Shown piece after piece: positions 1 through 8,125 of a DNA stretch of 64,000 nt. How positions within the stretch are numbered: the first letter of the stretch is position 1; each line of letters opens with the position of its first letter. The translations under genes were made by a program, and so were the position numbers. This DNA is from Ruminococcus sp. (lineage in GTDB: Bacteria; Bacillota; Clostridia; Oscillospirales; Ruminococcaceae), in NCBI RefSeq assembly GCF_024692365.1, contig NZ_JAILMR010000007.1, positions 121 to 64,120 of the forward strand. The letters are read 5' to 3'. Under the pieces are notes generated by a model. The model worked only from the letters and a program-made list of their open reading frames with translations. It ran no database searches and was not told the DNA's origin.

Positions 1-420
1 GATTGTAGGCAGATCGTTGCCAGCAGGAGCAGAGATAACTACCTTCTTAGCGCCAGCGTCGATGTGAGCCTGGCTCTTAGCCTTTGAGCAGTAGAAACCT
101 GTGCACTCCAGAACAACGTCAACGCCCAGCTCGCCCCAAGGCAGCTCAGCAGCGTTAGCCTTTGCATAGATCTGAAGAGTCTTGCCATCAACTGTGATGG
201 TGTTTGCCTCATCATCAGCGGAAACAGTGTGAGTGTTCTCACCAATTCTACCGCAGTAACCACCCTGTGCAGTATCGAACTTCAGCAGGTTAGCCAGCAT
301 GGAGGGCTTAGTCAGGTCGTTGATTGCAACGACTTCATAACCCTCTGCACCGAACATCTGTCTGAAAGCCAGACGGCCGATACGACCAAAACCATTAATT
401 GCAACTTTTACATTTGCCAT
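1..420 (-). CDS. gap: Glyceraldehyde-3-phosphate dehydrogenase, N-terminal 140 codons (gene continues beyond the left window edge)
   Basis: Own translation of the minus strand from ATG 420-418 gives [37 protein letters not shown]...VLECTGFY, with the GFGRIGR Rossmann motif of the GAPDH N-domain. AGGAGG lies upstream. It is missing from the ORF track only because the window edge truncates it. Confidence 0.93.
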   Translation of the reverse strand, partial: MANVKVAINGFGRIGRLAFRQMFGAEGYEVVAINDLTKPSMLANLLKFDTAQGGYCGRIGENTHTVSADDEANTITVDGKTLQIYAKANAAELPWGELGVDVVLECTGFYCSKAKSQAHIDAGAKKVVISAPAGNDLPTI

Positions 421-454
421 TGTATTGTACCTCCTAGAAAAAATTTCTGAATCT

Positions 455-483
455 ATTATACTACATATCGGAAAATATTTCAA
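455..483 (-). promoter_or_regulatory. Sigma-A type promoter for gap (TTGAAA-17-TATAAT)
   Basis: The minus strand reads TTGAAA (483-478), a 17-nt spacer, then TATAAT (460-455), about 30 nt upstream of the gap start codon. Confidence 0.6.
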
Positions 484-733
484 GTCTTTTTCAGAAAAAA
501 CTTATTATTTTTTACATCTTTTCCCGATTTTTTCCCATTCCTTGGCTTTTTTCGGTACAGCATACCAAATTTGCATAGTGCATATGGCTTTTTATATCTA
601 AGACATTTGTTTTTTCATATGATAGATTTCTGTTTTTGGAGTTTTAGGGGTGGTATTCAATTCTATTAGTTTGGATAAAATTTTATGTTTTAGATGACGT
701 ACTGTGGTAGACAGGTCGCCCCTTACGGGTCGA

Positions 734-990
734 GAAATCGGATTCGCTTCGCTGTCCGATTTCGTGCGCGGGCAATATTCATGCACGAAGTTTTGTGCGT
801 ATGGCATACTTATGCTCACGCTCGGAATTTTTGAGATTGCCCGCGCATTTTTGGGATCAGAAGATAGCCTGCTATTTTTGAGATTGTTGCCACGTCGCTT
901 TTGTGCCTTGACCGAGAGGCTCTGCCCCTCGTGCTCCCCGCAAGCCTTTCGCGAAAGGCTTGACCCAAAGCTCTTCTCCTTGGCATTCTA
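734..990. repeat. Cluster of GC-rich palindromic units in a ~550-bp non-coding gap between gap and the carboxyltransferase operon
   Basis: Stems read directly: GAAATCGGA/TCCGATTTC (734-742/755-763); GCGCGGGCAAT/ATTGCCCGCGC (766-776/836-846); a perfect 22-bp palindrome CAAGCCTTTCGCGAAAGGCTTG (941-962); the unit CCAAAGCTCTTCTCCTTGGCATTCTAT (964-990). TTTTTGAGATTG is duplicated at 827-838 and 875-886. Related units occur at 33525-33555 and 44288-44346. Confidence 0.6.
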
Positions 991-995
991 TACAC

Positions 996-1025
996 AAAAA
1001 GCGGATAGCACAACGTACTATCCGC
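996..1025 (-). terminator. Rho-independent terminator of the carboxyltransferase operon
   Basis: The minus strand reads GCGGATAG-loop-CTATCCGC followed by TTTTT, about 40 nt downstream of the stop at 1066. Confidence 0.75.
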
Positions 1026-1027
1026 TC

Positions 1028-1069
1028 ATGTCAACAATTATGAATTATGAATTGTGAATTATGAATTAA
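1028..1069 (-). repeat. 42-nt TTCATAAT-rich element, copy 1 (overlaps the stop codon of the 5S-like gene)
   Basis: The minus strand reads TTAATTCATAATTCACAATTCATAATTCATAATTGTTGACAT. It matches 61206-61247 (plus strand) at 37 of 42 positions without gaps. Confidence 0.7.
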
Positions 1070-2463
1070 ACAGGGTGTACCTTGTTAGCGGCATCGGAAT
1101 GAGCGCCGTCAACGCCGTACTTCTTGTCGCGTCTGTCCTTGAAGAACTTAGGTGCTACCTTCGGGAACATAGCGTAGGTCAGGATATCCTCCTCCTGCTC
1201 TGTCCATTCAGCGCATTCCTTCTTCATTGTCTCAAACTCAGGCTTGAGCAGGTCAGCAGGACGGCAGTCGATAGGCTCTTCGCCCTTGAGTATCATCTTA
1301 CGGAATTCGGCATCGATAGCCACGGGAGTCTTACCGTACTCGCCCTTGACAAGACCCTTGAACTCCTTGGTAACGGTCTTGTATCTCTCGCCCATAATAA
1401 CATTGAACACAGCCTGTGTACCAACGATCTGGGAAGTAGGTGTAACGAGGGGCGGGAAGCCGGAATCCTTACGTACCTTAGGAACTTCCTTCAGAACGTC
1501 CTCAAGCTGATCTGCCTTGCCTGCCTGCTTCAGCTGGCTCAGCAGGTTGGAGAGCATTCCGCCGGGGACCTGATACAGAAGTGCGTTTGTATTTGTAGCC
1601 AGCATGGAAGGATCCAGCAGACCATTGTCGATGTACTTCTTTCTAAGACCCATGAAATAATCTCTTACTTCGTTCAGCTTGACAAGGTCAAGACCTGTGT
1701 CGTACTCTGTGCCCTGGAATGTAGCCACGATAGACTCGGTAGGAGCGTGGGAAGTACCCAGTGCGAGAGGAGACATAGCAGTATCAACTGCGTCAACTCC
1801 GGCCTCAACAGCCTTCATGATACACATGGAAGCCAGACCTGAGGTGTAGTGAGTATGCAGCTGTACGGGGATATCAACAACAGACTTGATATCTCTAACC
1901 AGTGTTTCAGCCTCATAAGGAGTGAGCAGTGCAGCCATATCCTTGATACAGATGGAATCAGCGCCTGCTTCCTGAATACGCTTAGCGTAATCCATATAGT
2001 ACTGGTGAGTGAATACTTCACCCAGAGTATAGGAGATAGCGACCTGAGCGTGACCCTTCTCCTTATTGGCAGCCTTGATAGCTGTCTGGAGGTTTCTGAT
2101 ATCGTTCAGTGCGTCGAATATTCTAATGATATCGATACCGTTAGCGATAGACTTCTGAACAAAGTACTCTACCAGGTCATCGGCATAGTGACGGTAACCC
2201 AGCATATTCTGTCCTCTGAACAGCATCTGGAGCTTGGTATTGGGCATTTCCTTTCTGAGTGTCCTCAGTCTCTCCCAAGGATCCTCATTCAGAAAACGTA
2301 TGCAGGAATCAAATGTAGCACCGCCCCAGCATTCAGCGGAATAGAAACCGATCTTGTCCATTGTGGAGAGGATAGGCTTCATATCGTCCATAGACATTCT
2401 CGTTGCCAGCAGAGACTGATGAGCGTCACGGAGAACTGTCTCGGTAATTTTAAGCTTAGCCAT
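1066..2463 (-). CDS. Carboxyltransferase subunit, 5S-type (oxaloacetate decarboxylase alpha / pyruvate carboxylase subunit B-like, lacking its own biotinyl domain)
   Basis: 465 aa. MAKLKITETVLRDAHQSLLATRMSMDDM...GGATFD is the HMGL-like pyruvate carboxyltransferase domain. The protein ends without a biotin-attachment domain, which the adjacent gene encodes. Confidence 0.9.
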   Translation of the reverse strand: MAKLKITETVLRDAHQSLLATRMSMDDMKPILSTMDKIGFYSAECWGGATFDSCIRFLNEDPWERLRTLRKEMPNTKLQMLFRGQNMLGYRHYADDLVEYFVQKSIANGIDIIRIFDALNDIRNLQTAIKAANKEKGHAQVAISYTLGEVFTHQYYMDYAKRIQEAGADSICIKDMAALLTPYEAETLVRDIKSVVDIPVQLHTHYTSGLASMCIMKAVEAGVDAVDTAMSPLALGTSHAPTESIVATFQGTEYDTGLDLVKLNEVRDYFMGLRKKYIDNGLLDPSMLATNTNALLYQVPGGMLSNLLSQLKQAGKADQLEDVLKEVPKVRKDSGFPPLVTPTSQIVGTQAVFNVIMGERYKTVTKEFKGLVKGEYGKTPVAIDAEFRKMILKGEEPIDCRPADLLKPEFETMKKECAEWTEQEEDILTYAMFPKVAPKFFKDRRDKKYGVDGAHSDAANKVHPV

Positions 2464-2495
2464 TATATATCGTTCCTTTCAGTGATAAGATGTCA

Positions 2496-2867
2496 TCAGC
2501 CGATAACAGCCAGAACTGCGCCTGTATCAACCTGTGAGCCCTTTGTAGCATTGATGCTCAGGACCTTGCCTGCAACAGGAGCGTTGATGTCGTTCTCCAT
2601 CTTCATAGCTTCGAGAACTACGATAGCCTGACCTGCGGTAACAGTATCGCCAACAGCTACCTTTATATCAAGTACGTTGCCGGGCATAGGAGCAGTTACC
2701 TTTGTACCCTCAACATTAGCTGCGGGTGCAGCAGCGGGTGCAGGTGCAGCAGCGGGCTTTGCAGCAGGTGCGGGAGCAGCAGCTACAGGAGCAGCAGCGT
2801 CAGCGCCTACTTCCTCAACAGCTACATCGTAAGCCTTACCGTTAACAGTGATATTATATCTTTTCAT
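2496..2867 (-). CDS. Biotin carboxyl carrier protein (1.3S-type biotinyl subunit)
   Basis: 123 aa with an Ala/Pro-rich linker and the EAMKMEN biotinyl-lysine motif. Confidence 0.9.
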   Translation of the reverse strand: MKRYNITVNGKAYDVAVEEVGADAAAPVAAAPAPAAKPAAAPAPAAAPAANVEGTKVTAPMPGNVLDIKVAVGDTVTAGQAIVVLEAMKMENDINAPVAGKVLSINATKGSQVDTGAVLAVIG

Positions 2868-2898
2868 AACTATACCGTCCTTTACAATTAATTACTTA

Positions 2899-4269
2899 TT
2901 AAAGCTGGATATTGCTGTGCTTCTTGGGCAGTCTGGATATCCTCTTGCCGCTCATCATAGCCAGAGCGTCAACAACAGCGTTTCTCAGCTGAGAAGCATC
3001 AACGATGCCGTCAACCAGACCGTTTACAGCAGCATTTGCAGCGCTTGCCTGTGTCTTAGCGAACTCATCAGCCAGTGCCTGTCTTGCAGCAGCAAGATCA
3101 GTTGCGCCTGCAAGCTTGTCATGCTCCATGAACTCAACAGCGGTAACGGGGTCGAGTGCGGAGATAACAGCGGTGGGCAGAGCGTAAGCAACATCGGCAT
3201 TTGCGCCCTTTCCTGCCAGTGCTATGTAAGCTGCGCCGTAAGCCTTGCCTGTAACTACGCTGATCTTAGCGGTAGTAGCCTCAGCGTAAGCGTGAGCCAG
3301 CTTGCTCATGCTCTTTACAGCGCCTGCAGCTTCAGTTTCATCATTGCCCGCAAAGCCTTCGGTATCAACGAAAGTAACTACGGGAACAGCGAAAGCATCG
3401 CAGGTACGAACGAATCTTGCCAGCTTAGCACAGTCGTTCTCTGTCAGCTTGTCGCTTGTCTTGTTTGTAGCTGCAACGCCTACGGTCTCACCGTTGACAG
3501 TTGCAAGAGCGGTGTAAGCAGCACCGCCGAAGCCCTCGCTGAGTTCGATAACGCTGTCAGCGTCGAAAACAGCCTTAGTCAGGCTCTCTATATCGCTGCC
3601 AGCAGCAGCTGTGGGCTCTTCATACTCATAAACAGGTACAGGAGAAAGGTTGTTTGCAGGAAGCTTCAGCAGGATAGCTCTTGCCTTCTCAACAGCAGCC
3701 TTGTCGTCCTCGCAAACAGCGCATACAGTGCCGTTTGCAGCAGCATTTTCAGCAGAACCGTTGCTCTTTGCATTGGGAGCAGCATACAGGCTTGCATCCT
3801 TAGCCATAACAACGAGATCGGCAGCCTCAGCCAGCAGTGCGGCAGTGCCTGAGCATACGCCTGCAACAACAGCTATCTGGGGAACAACGCCCGAAAGATT
3901 AGCGGTCCAGAGCATCAGCTCGCCGTAAGCTCTCAGTGCAGCAGCGCTGTCATTTACATCAGCGCCGTAGGAATCATAGATACCAACAACAGGAGTACCT
4001 GTCTTGGCAGCCAGATCATAGATCTTAGCTATCTTTCTTGCGCCAGCCTCGGTCATAGCACCGCTTTTAACGGTAACGTCCTGAGAGAACGCATAGACCG
4101 GCTCGCCGTCAGCATAGCCGTAGGCGGTTATAACGCCAGCAGCTTCGCCCGCGAAAGCGTCAAGCTCGGTAAATTTTCCTTCATCAAACAGATATGTCAG
4201 CCTTGTTCTCGCAGCGCTGTCAGCGATAAGAGCCTGGAGCTCTGCCAGAGACTTTTTTGTTTCAGACAT
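2899..4269 (-). CDS. Acyl-CoA carboxyltransferase subunit (12S / methylmalonyl-CoA carboxyltransferase or decarboxylase alpha-like)
   Basis: 456 aa with carboxyl-transferase domain character throughout (for example GGARKIAKIYDLAAKTGTPVVGIYDS... and VTFVDTEGF). It is the first gene of a three-gene operon. Confidence 0.85.
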   Translation of the reverse strand: MSETKKSLAELQALIADSAARTRLTYLFDEGKFTELDAFAGEAAGVITAYGYADGEPVYAFSQDVTVKSGAMTEAGARKIAKIYDLAAKTGTPVVGIYDSYGADVNDSAAALRAYGELMLWTANLSGVVPQIAVVAGVCSGTAALLAEAADLVVMAKDASLYAAPNAKSNGSAENAAANGTVCAVCEDDKAAVEKARAILLKLPANNLSPVPVYEYEEPTAAAGSDIESLTKAVFDADSVIELSEGFGGAAYTALATVNGETVGVAATNKTSDKLTENDCAKLARFVRTCDAFAVPVVTFVDTEGFAGNDETEAAGAVKSMSKLAHAYAEATTAKISVVTGKAYGAAYIALAGKGANADVAYALPTAVISALDPVTAVEFMEHDKLAGATDLAAARQALADEFAKTQASAANAAVNGLVDGIVDASQLRNAVVDALAMMSGKRISRLPKKHSNIQL

Positions 4270-4358
4270 ACAGTTTCCTCCAATCGATTTAATTTGCGGG
4301 ATAAAAAACTAAGATCAATCAGATCACACATAGTTTTTATCATAATTACACGGATACC

Positions 4359-4387
4359 ATTATACCATTTATCTTCCAACATTTCAA
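4359..4387 (-). promoter_or_regulatory. Promoter of the carboxyltransferase operon (TTGAAA-17-TGgTATAAT)
   Basis: The minus strand reads TTGAAA (4387-4382), a 17-nt spacer, then TATAAT (4364-4359) with an extended -10 TG. Confidence 0.6.
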
Positions 4388-4565
4388 GCCCGAATCCGCC
4401 AAAAAACCTCTTTTTACTTTTTGTTAACATTTTGATAAATATTGATACAAATTCAAAGACGTTATTCAGCATTTTCGTGGTGTAGATGTACACGCCGTTC
4501 CCCGTACCGTAGTTCCGGTTCGCGGCTGCCTGCCATCCTGCACACTTTGAAGAATTTGAAAAGGG

Positions 4566-4660
4566 CTTTCTACTATCAGCGAATTCAGGCGAAAAGTTGT
4601 ACGTTTTTGTACAACTCTTACAGAAATATGTCCGAGTTAAAATTAAAATCATTTTGGTGC
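4566..4660 (-). repeat. ~95-nt intergenic repeat, copy A (inverted relative to copy B at 33604-33697)
   Basis: The reverse complement aligns with 33604-33697. A core of about 55 nt (TTTTAACTCGGACATATTTCTGTAA[G/A]AGTTGTACAAAAACGTACAACTTTTCGCC) carries a single mismatch. It contains an 8-bp hairpin AGTTGTAC/GTACAACT followed by TTTT. Confidence 0.85.
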
Positions 4661-4764
4661 ATAATGTCATAGGTATGAATTTGGGCAGGCTGACAAAAAA
4701 TCATGAGTAATGATAAAGCTGTTTTCCTTGACAGATACTTTAAAATTTGCGTCATTATTTTTTA

Positions 4765-4793
4765 TTGACAACCGCAGAAATTAGTGCTATACT
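4765..4793 (+). promoter_or_regulatory. Promoter for the DUF445-like gene (TTGACA-17-TGcTATACT)
   Basis: TTGACA at 4765-4770, a 17-nt spacer, then TATACT at 4788-4793 with an upstream TG. Confidence 0.55.
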
Positions 4794-4863
4794 ATTCCTC
4801 AATAAAGAAATATATCTAGACAAAAGAACAGCAAAACAGACAACAAACGAGGAGTGCAAACTT

Positions 4864-5754
4864 ATGGAAATACTGAAAATGCTGGCTGCACCGCTGATAG
4901 GTGCGGTCATTGGTTATTTTACGAACTTTATTGCGGTAAAGATGCTTTTCTTTCCGCATCATGAGGTTTATTTTCTGGGACACCGAGTCCCATTTACCCC
5001 GGGCGCGATACCAAAGGGCAAGCCACGTCTTGCTAAAGCAGTGGGCAGGGTCGTGGGAACGGAACTTGTCACCAAAGAGGATATCAAGGCGAAACTTCTC
5101 GGTGGTGAGATAGAAGCCCGCATAACAGGTGCTATAACGCAGGAACTTTCAAACAATATCCGCGATGAGATATGCAAGCTGACAAAATGTTCCGAGGAGA
5201 CCTACGCCGAGGGTAGTTCAAAGCTCAGCGAAATGCTCAGCCGTCAGATAGTTGATGAACTTTCGGCTTCTCAGCTGCCCGAGATAGTTGTGAGCAAATG
5301 CAATGATTCCATCGAGGAAAAGCTGAGCAATACCATGTTCGCAAAGCTTATCCCCGAAGAAAAGATACAGTCATTCACCGCCCCGCTGGTCGGCAAGATA
5401 CGCTCTATGATCGACCGTGATGGCATGGATTGCGTGAAGCCTGTCATTGAGAGCAAGATCTCTGATCTCAGCGAAAAAAGTGGTCTTGAACTGCTTGAGA
5501 TGATAAAGGTCGATGAAGCACGCCTTGCGGAAATGTCTGGAAAAGTCTACCGTAGTGCCGTAAACAACTACATCGACAAGCTTTTTGAAAAGCTGGATTT
5601 TGCGAAAATGGTCGAAGACAAGATCAACGATATGTCCGTTGAAAAAATGGAAGATCTGGTGCAGACCGTCATGAAAAAGGAGCTGAGCACCATAGTTAAT
5701 CTCGGTGCGCTGATAGGCTTTGTTCTCGGACTTTTCAACCTTATACTGAAATGA
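4864..5754 (+). CDS. DUF445-family membrane-associated protein (YheB/UPF0754-like)
   Basis: Start moved to ATG 4864, preceded by GAGGAG. MEILKMLAAPLIGAVIGYFTNFIAVKMLFFP is the typical DUF445 N-terminus, and there is a C-terminal hydrophobic helix. Confidence 0.75.
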   Translation: MEILKMLAAPLIGAVIGYFTNFIAVKMLFFPHHEVYFLGHRVPFTPGAIPKGKPRLAKAVGRVVGTELVTKEDIKAKLLGGEIEARITGAITQELSNNIRDEICKLTKCSEETYAEGSSKLSEMLSRQIVDELSASQLPEIVVSKCNDSIEEKLSNTMFAKLIPEEKIQSFTAPLVGKIRSMIDRDGMDCVKPVIESKISDLSEKSGLELLEMIKVDEARLAEMSGKVYRSAVNNYIDKLFEKLDFAKMVEDKINDMSVEKMEDLVQTVMKKELSTIVNLGALIGFVLGLFNLILK

Positions 5755-5759
5755 TATAA

Positions 5760-5792
5760 ACGGGGTGGCTGCACGGTCATCCCGTTTTTTTA
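5760..5792 (+). terminator. Rho-independent terminator
   Basis: AACGGG-loop-CCCGTT followed by a T run. Confidence 0.7.
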
Positions 5793-5875
5793 TCCGACAA
5801 TCCCCCTATTGACATCCCCCACATCTCATGATAGAATATAATAGCAATTTTACACTACTGAAACGAGGCATACCA

Positions 5876-6232
5876 ATGAATATCACATATATCCACGAAC
5901 CCACCGACTTACAGTGCGGTCAGGCAGTACTTGCGATGGTGCTGGGGCTTTCCGCCGAACAGGTGGTCATTGACCTGAACAACGAGCGCGAAACTACCCT
6001 TAAAGAAATGAAAGAATATCTGCGTTCTCACGGGGCTTGGGTATCCGATGAGCGCATACCTGTCACCGAAAAATCAGAGCTGCCGCCCCTGTGTATGCTC
6101 AGCCTTGAAACTCCCCGATGCTGGCACTGGTCGCTGTACTGCGAGGGCACTTTCTATGACCCCGAACATGGCGTGATGTCGAATTTTCCCGCTTCAAACC
6201 GCCGCTATTACTGGCAGATAAAGCTCCGATAA
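5876..6232 (+). CDS. Small stand-alone papain-like (peptidase C39-like) domain protein
   Basis: 118 aa from ATG 5876. The LQCGQAVLAMVLG motif resembles the Gln/Cys nucleophile region of C39 peptidases. Candidate His (CWHWSLY) and Asp (FYDPEHG) residues follow. No signal peptide is evident. Confidence 0.45.
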   Translation: MNITYIHEPTDLQCGQAVLAMVLGLSAEQVVIDLNNERETTLKEMKEYLRSHGAWVSDERIPVTEKSELPPLCMLSLETPRCWHWSLYCEGTFYDPEHGVMSNFPASNRRYYWQIKLR

Positions 6233-6250
6233 AATCACATATATAAAAGT

Positions 6251-6281
6251 AAAAGCGGAAGACAGCTGTCCTCCGCTTTTT
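6251..6281. terminator. Bidirectional terminator between convergent genes
   Basis: AAAAGCGGA-loop-TCCGCTTTTT. Confidence 0.7.
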
Positions 6282-6289
6282 GATTTATA

Positions 6290-8125
6290 TCAAGTTTTAT
6301 TGCCAGCGAACTGTGTACGGTAAAGATCGTAGTAACAGCCTTTCTTAGCGATAAGCTCGTCATGTCTGCCTTTTTCGGCGACCTTTCCGCCGTCTATTAC
6401 AACTATCATATCAGCATCGCGGATAGTTGAAAGGCGGTGGGCGATTATCAGCGATGTACGGTTCTTCATCAGCGCCACCATCGCGGACTGTATATGCATC
6501 TCCGTTCTGGTATCAACACTGGAAGTCGCTTCATCGAGAATAAGTATCTTGGGGTCGGCAAGTATCGCCCTTGCTATGGCGAGAAGCTGTCTTTGTCCCT
6601 GAGAGAGGTTTGAACCGCCCTCGGCAAGCTGAGTTTTATAGCCATCGGGCAGATGCTTTATGAAAGCGTCCGCATTTGCATGAGCCGCCGCACGGCGCAC
6701 GTCTTCATCGGGAGCGTCCTCTTTGCCGTAGCGGATATTCTCCTCGATACTGCCTTTGAAAAGCACTGTATCCTGCAAAACTATGCCAACTGATTTTCGC
6801 AGTTCGTCCATGCGCATATCCCTGATATCAACGCCGTCCACGGTTATACTGCCGCTGTCCGCATCGTAGAATCTTGTAAGCAGATTTACAACAGTAGTCT
6901 TGCCCGAACCTGTCGCACCGACTATGGCTATCTTCTGACCCTGCTTTATATCGAGGTCAAGCCCTTTGAGTACGGGCTTTTCGGGGTCGTAGCAGAAATG
7001 TATGTCCTCGAACTTTATTTCGCCGCGAATGTCTTCCGCAGTGATCTCGCTTGTGCCCTCATCAGTTTCGGGTGCAGTTTCCATTACCTCAAAAATACGT
7101 TCAGCACCTGCGATGGCAGTCTGGATATTAGCATACTGGTTGACTATCTCGTTTATAGGTCTTGAAAACTGCTTGGAGTAGAGTATGAAAGCCTGTATCG
7201 TGCCGACAGTTATCCAGCCCTTATAGCTGAACCAGCCGCCGAATGCGGCTATCATAACAAAGCCGAAGTTGCCTATGCAGTTCATCAGCGGACCCATAAC
7301 ACCCGCGCATATCTGCGCACGGATGCCTGTTCTGCGCAGTTCATCGCTCATCACATTGAAATCTTCCACCGCTGCCTGTTCCTTGGAATAGGAAACAACA
7401 GTGCGGTGTCCCGTGACCATCTCCTCAACATGACCATTCAGCTTGCCCAGTATTATCTGCTGTTTCAGAAAATATCTGCGCATATACTTGGTCATTTTCG
7501 TTGAAACGAAAACAGTCAGAACAACGGTGGAAAGGGATATCAGCGTCAGCAAAGGCGAGTAGGTCAGCATTATTATGATAGAACCTACGACCGTCAGCAC
7601 GCCCGATATCAGCGAACCTATGGACTGGGATACCGTGTTGGAGATATTCTCAACATCGTTGGTCATACGGCTCATTATATCGCCGTGGCGGTGGCTATCG
7701 AAATATTTTATCGGAAGCTTGACAAGGTCGCCGAAGAGGTCGCGCCTCATGGTGGATACCGTCTTCTGTGAAAGCCTTGCGGAGAATATGCCCTGCAAAT
7801 AAGAGAATACCGAGTTCATCAGATAGACCACGCCCAGTATTATCAGTATCTTCACAAGCCTTTCGGTGTCAACGCTAAGCTTTTTATCATCGAGGGTTAT
7901 GCAGTCAATGGCTATCTGCTGGATGTAAGGCGCTGCCAGACCAAGCAGTGTTATCATCAGCATAATTGCCATAAGCCCGAAGAACAGGTATTTGCTCCTG
8001 CCGATGTACCTCAGCAGTTTGCCCAGAGTTTCACGTGCGTTTTTGGGCTTTTCTGCATTTATCAGGGCAGCCTGTCTTCCGCCGGGCTGCTGCTTATTGT
8101 TGGGATTAGGTGGCATAGGGGGCAT
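6290..8125 (-). CDS. ABC exporter, fused permease/ATPase (heterodimeric multidrug-type, subunit 2)
   Basis: 611 aa with six predicted TM helices followed by Walker A GATGSGKTT, signature LSQGQRQ and Walker B ILILDEATS. Confidence 0.9.
   Translation of the reverse strand: MPPMPPNPNNKQQPGGRQAALINAEKPKNARETLGKLLRYIGRSKYLFFGLMAIMLMITLLGLAAPYIQQIAIDCITLDDKKLSVDTERLVKILIILGVVYLMNSVFSYLQGIFSARLSQKTVSTMRRDLFGDLVKLPIKYFDSHRHGDIMSRMTNDVENISNTVSQSIGSLISGVLTVVGSIIIMLTYSPLLTLISLSTVVLTVFVSTKMTKYMRRYFLKQQIILGKLNGHVEEMVTGHRTVVSYSKEQAAVEDFNVMSDELRRTGIRAQICAGVMGPLMNCIGNFGFVMIAAFGGWFSYKGWITVGTIQAFILYSKQFSRPINEIVNQYANIQTAIAGAERIFEVMETAPETDEGTSEITAEDIRGEIKFEDIHFCYDPEKPVLKGLDLDIKQGQKIAIVGATGSGKTTVVNLLTRFYDADSGSITVDGVDIRDMRMDELRKSVGIVLQDTVLFKGSIEENIRYGKEDAPDEDVRRAAAHANADAFIKHLPDGYKTQLAEGGSNLSQGQRQLLAIARAILADPKILILDEATSSVDTRTEMHIQSAMVALMKNRTSLIIAHRLSTIRDADMIVVIDGGKVAEKGRHDELIAKKGCYYDLYRTQFAGNKT

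Noticed and set aside
598-1057. Track ORFs 598-819(-), 704-1057(+) and 816-1013(-) in the gap/carboxyltransferase spacer
   Set aside because: They overlap one another across the palindromic repeat cluster, lack RBSs and encode Arg/Cys/Leu-rich sequences with no domain character. The region is better explained as structured repeats.
1037-1068. Tandem AATTATGA octamers as a possible CRISPR or minisatellite
   Set aside because: There are only about four degenerate 8-mers with no spacers, and no cas genes occur anywhere in the window. I treat it as part of the 42-nt dispersed element.
4197-4670. 157-aa minus-strand ORF whose peptide ILTRTYFCKSCTKTYNFSP recurs in the plus-strand ORF 33243-33923
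   Set aside because: The shared peptide is a by-product of the near-identical nucleotide repeat. The ORF runs through the operon promoter into the carboxyltransferase gene, and its partner runs antisense through the SDR gene start.
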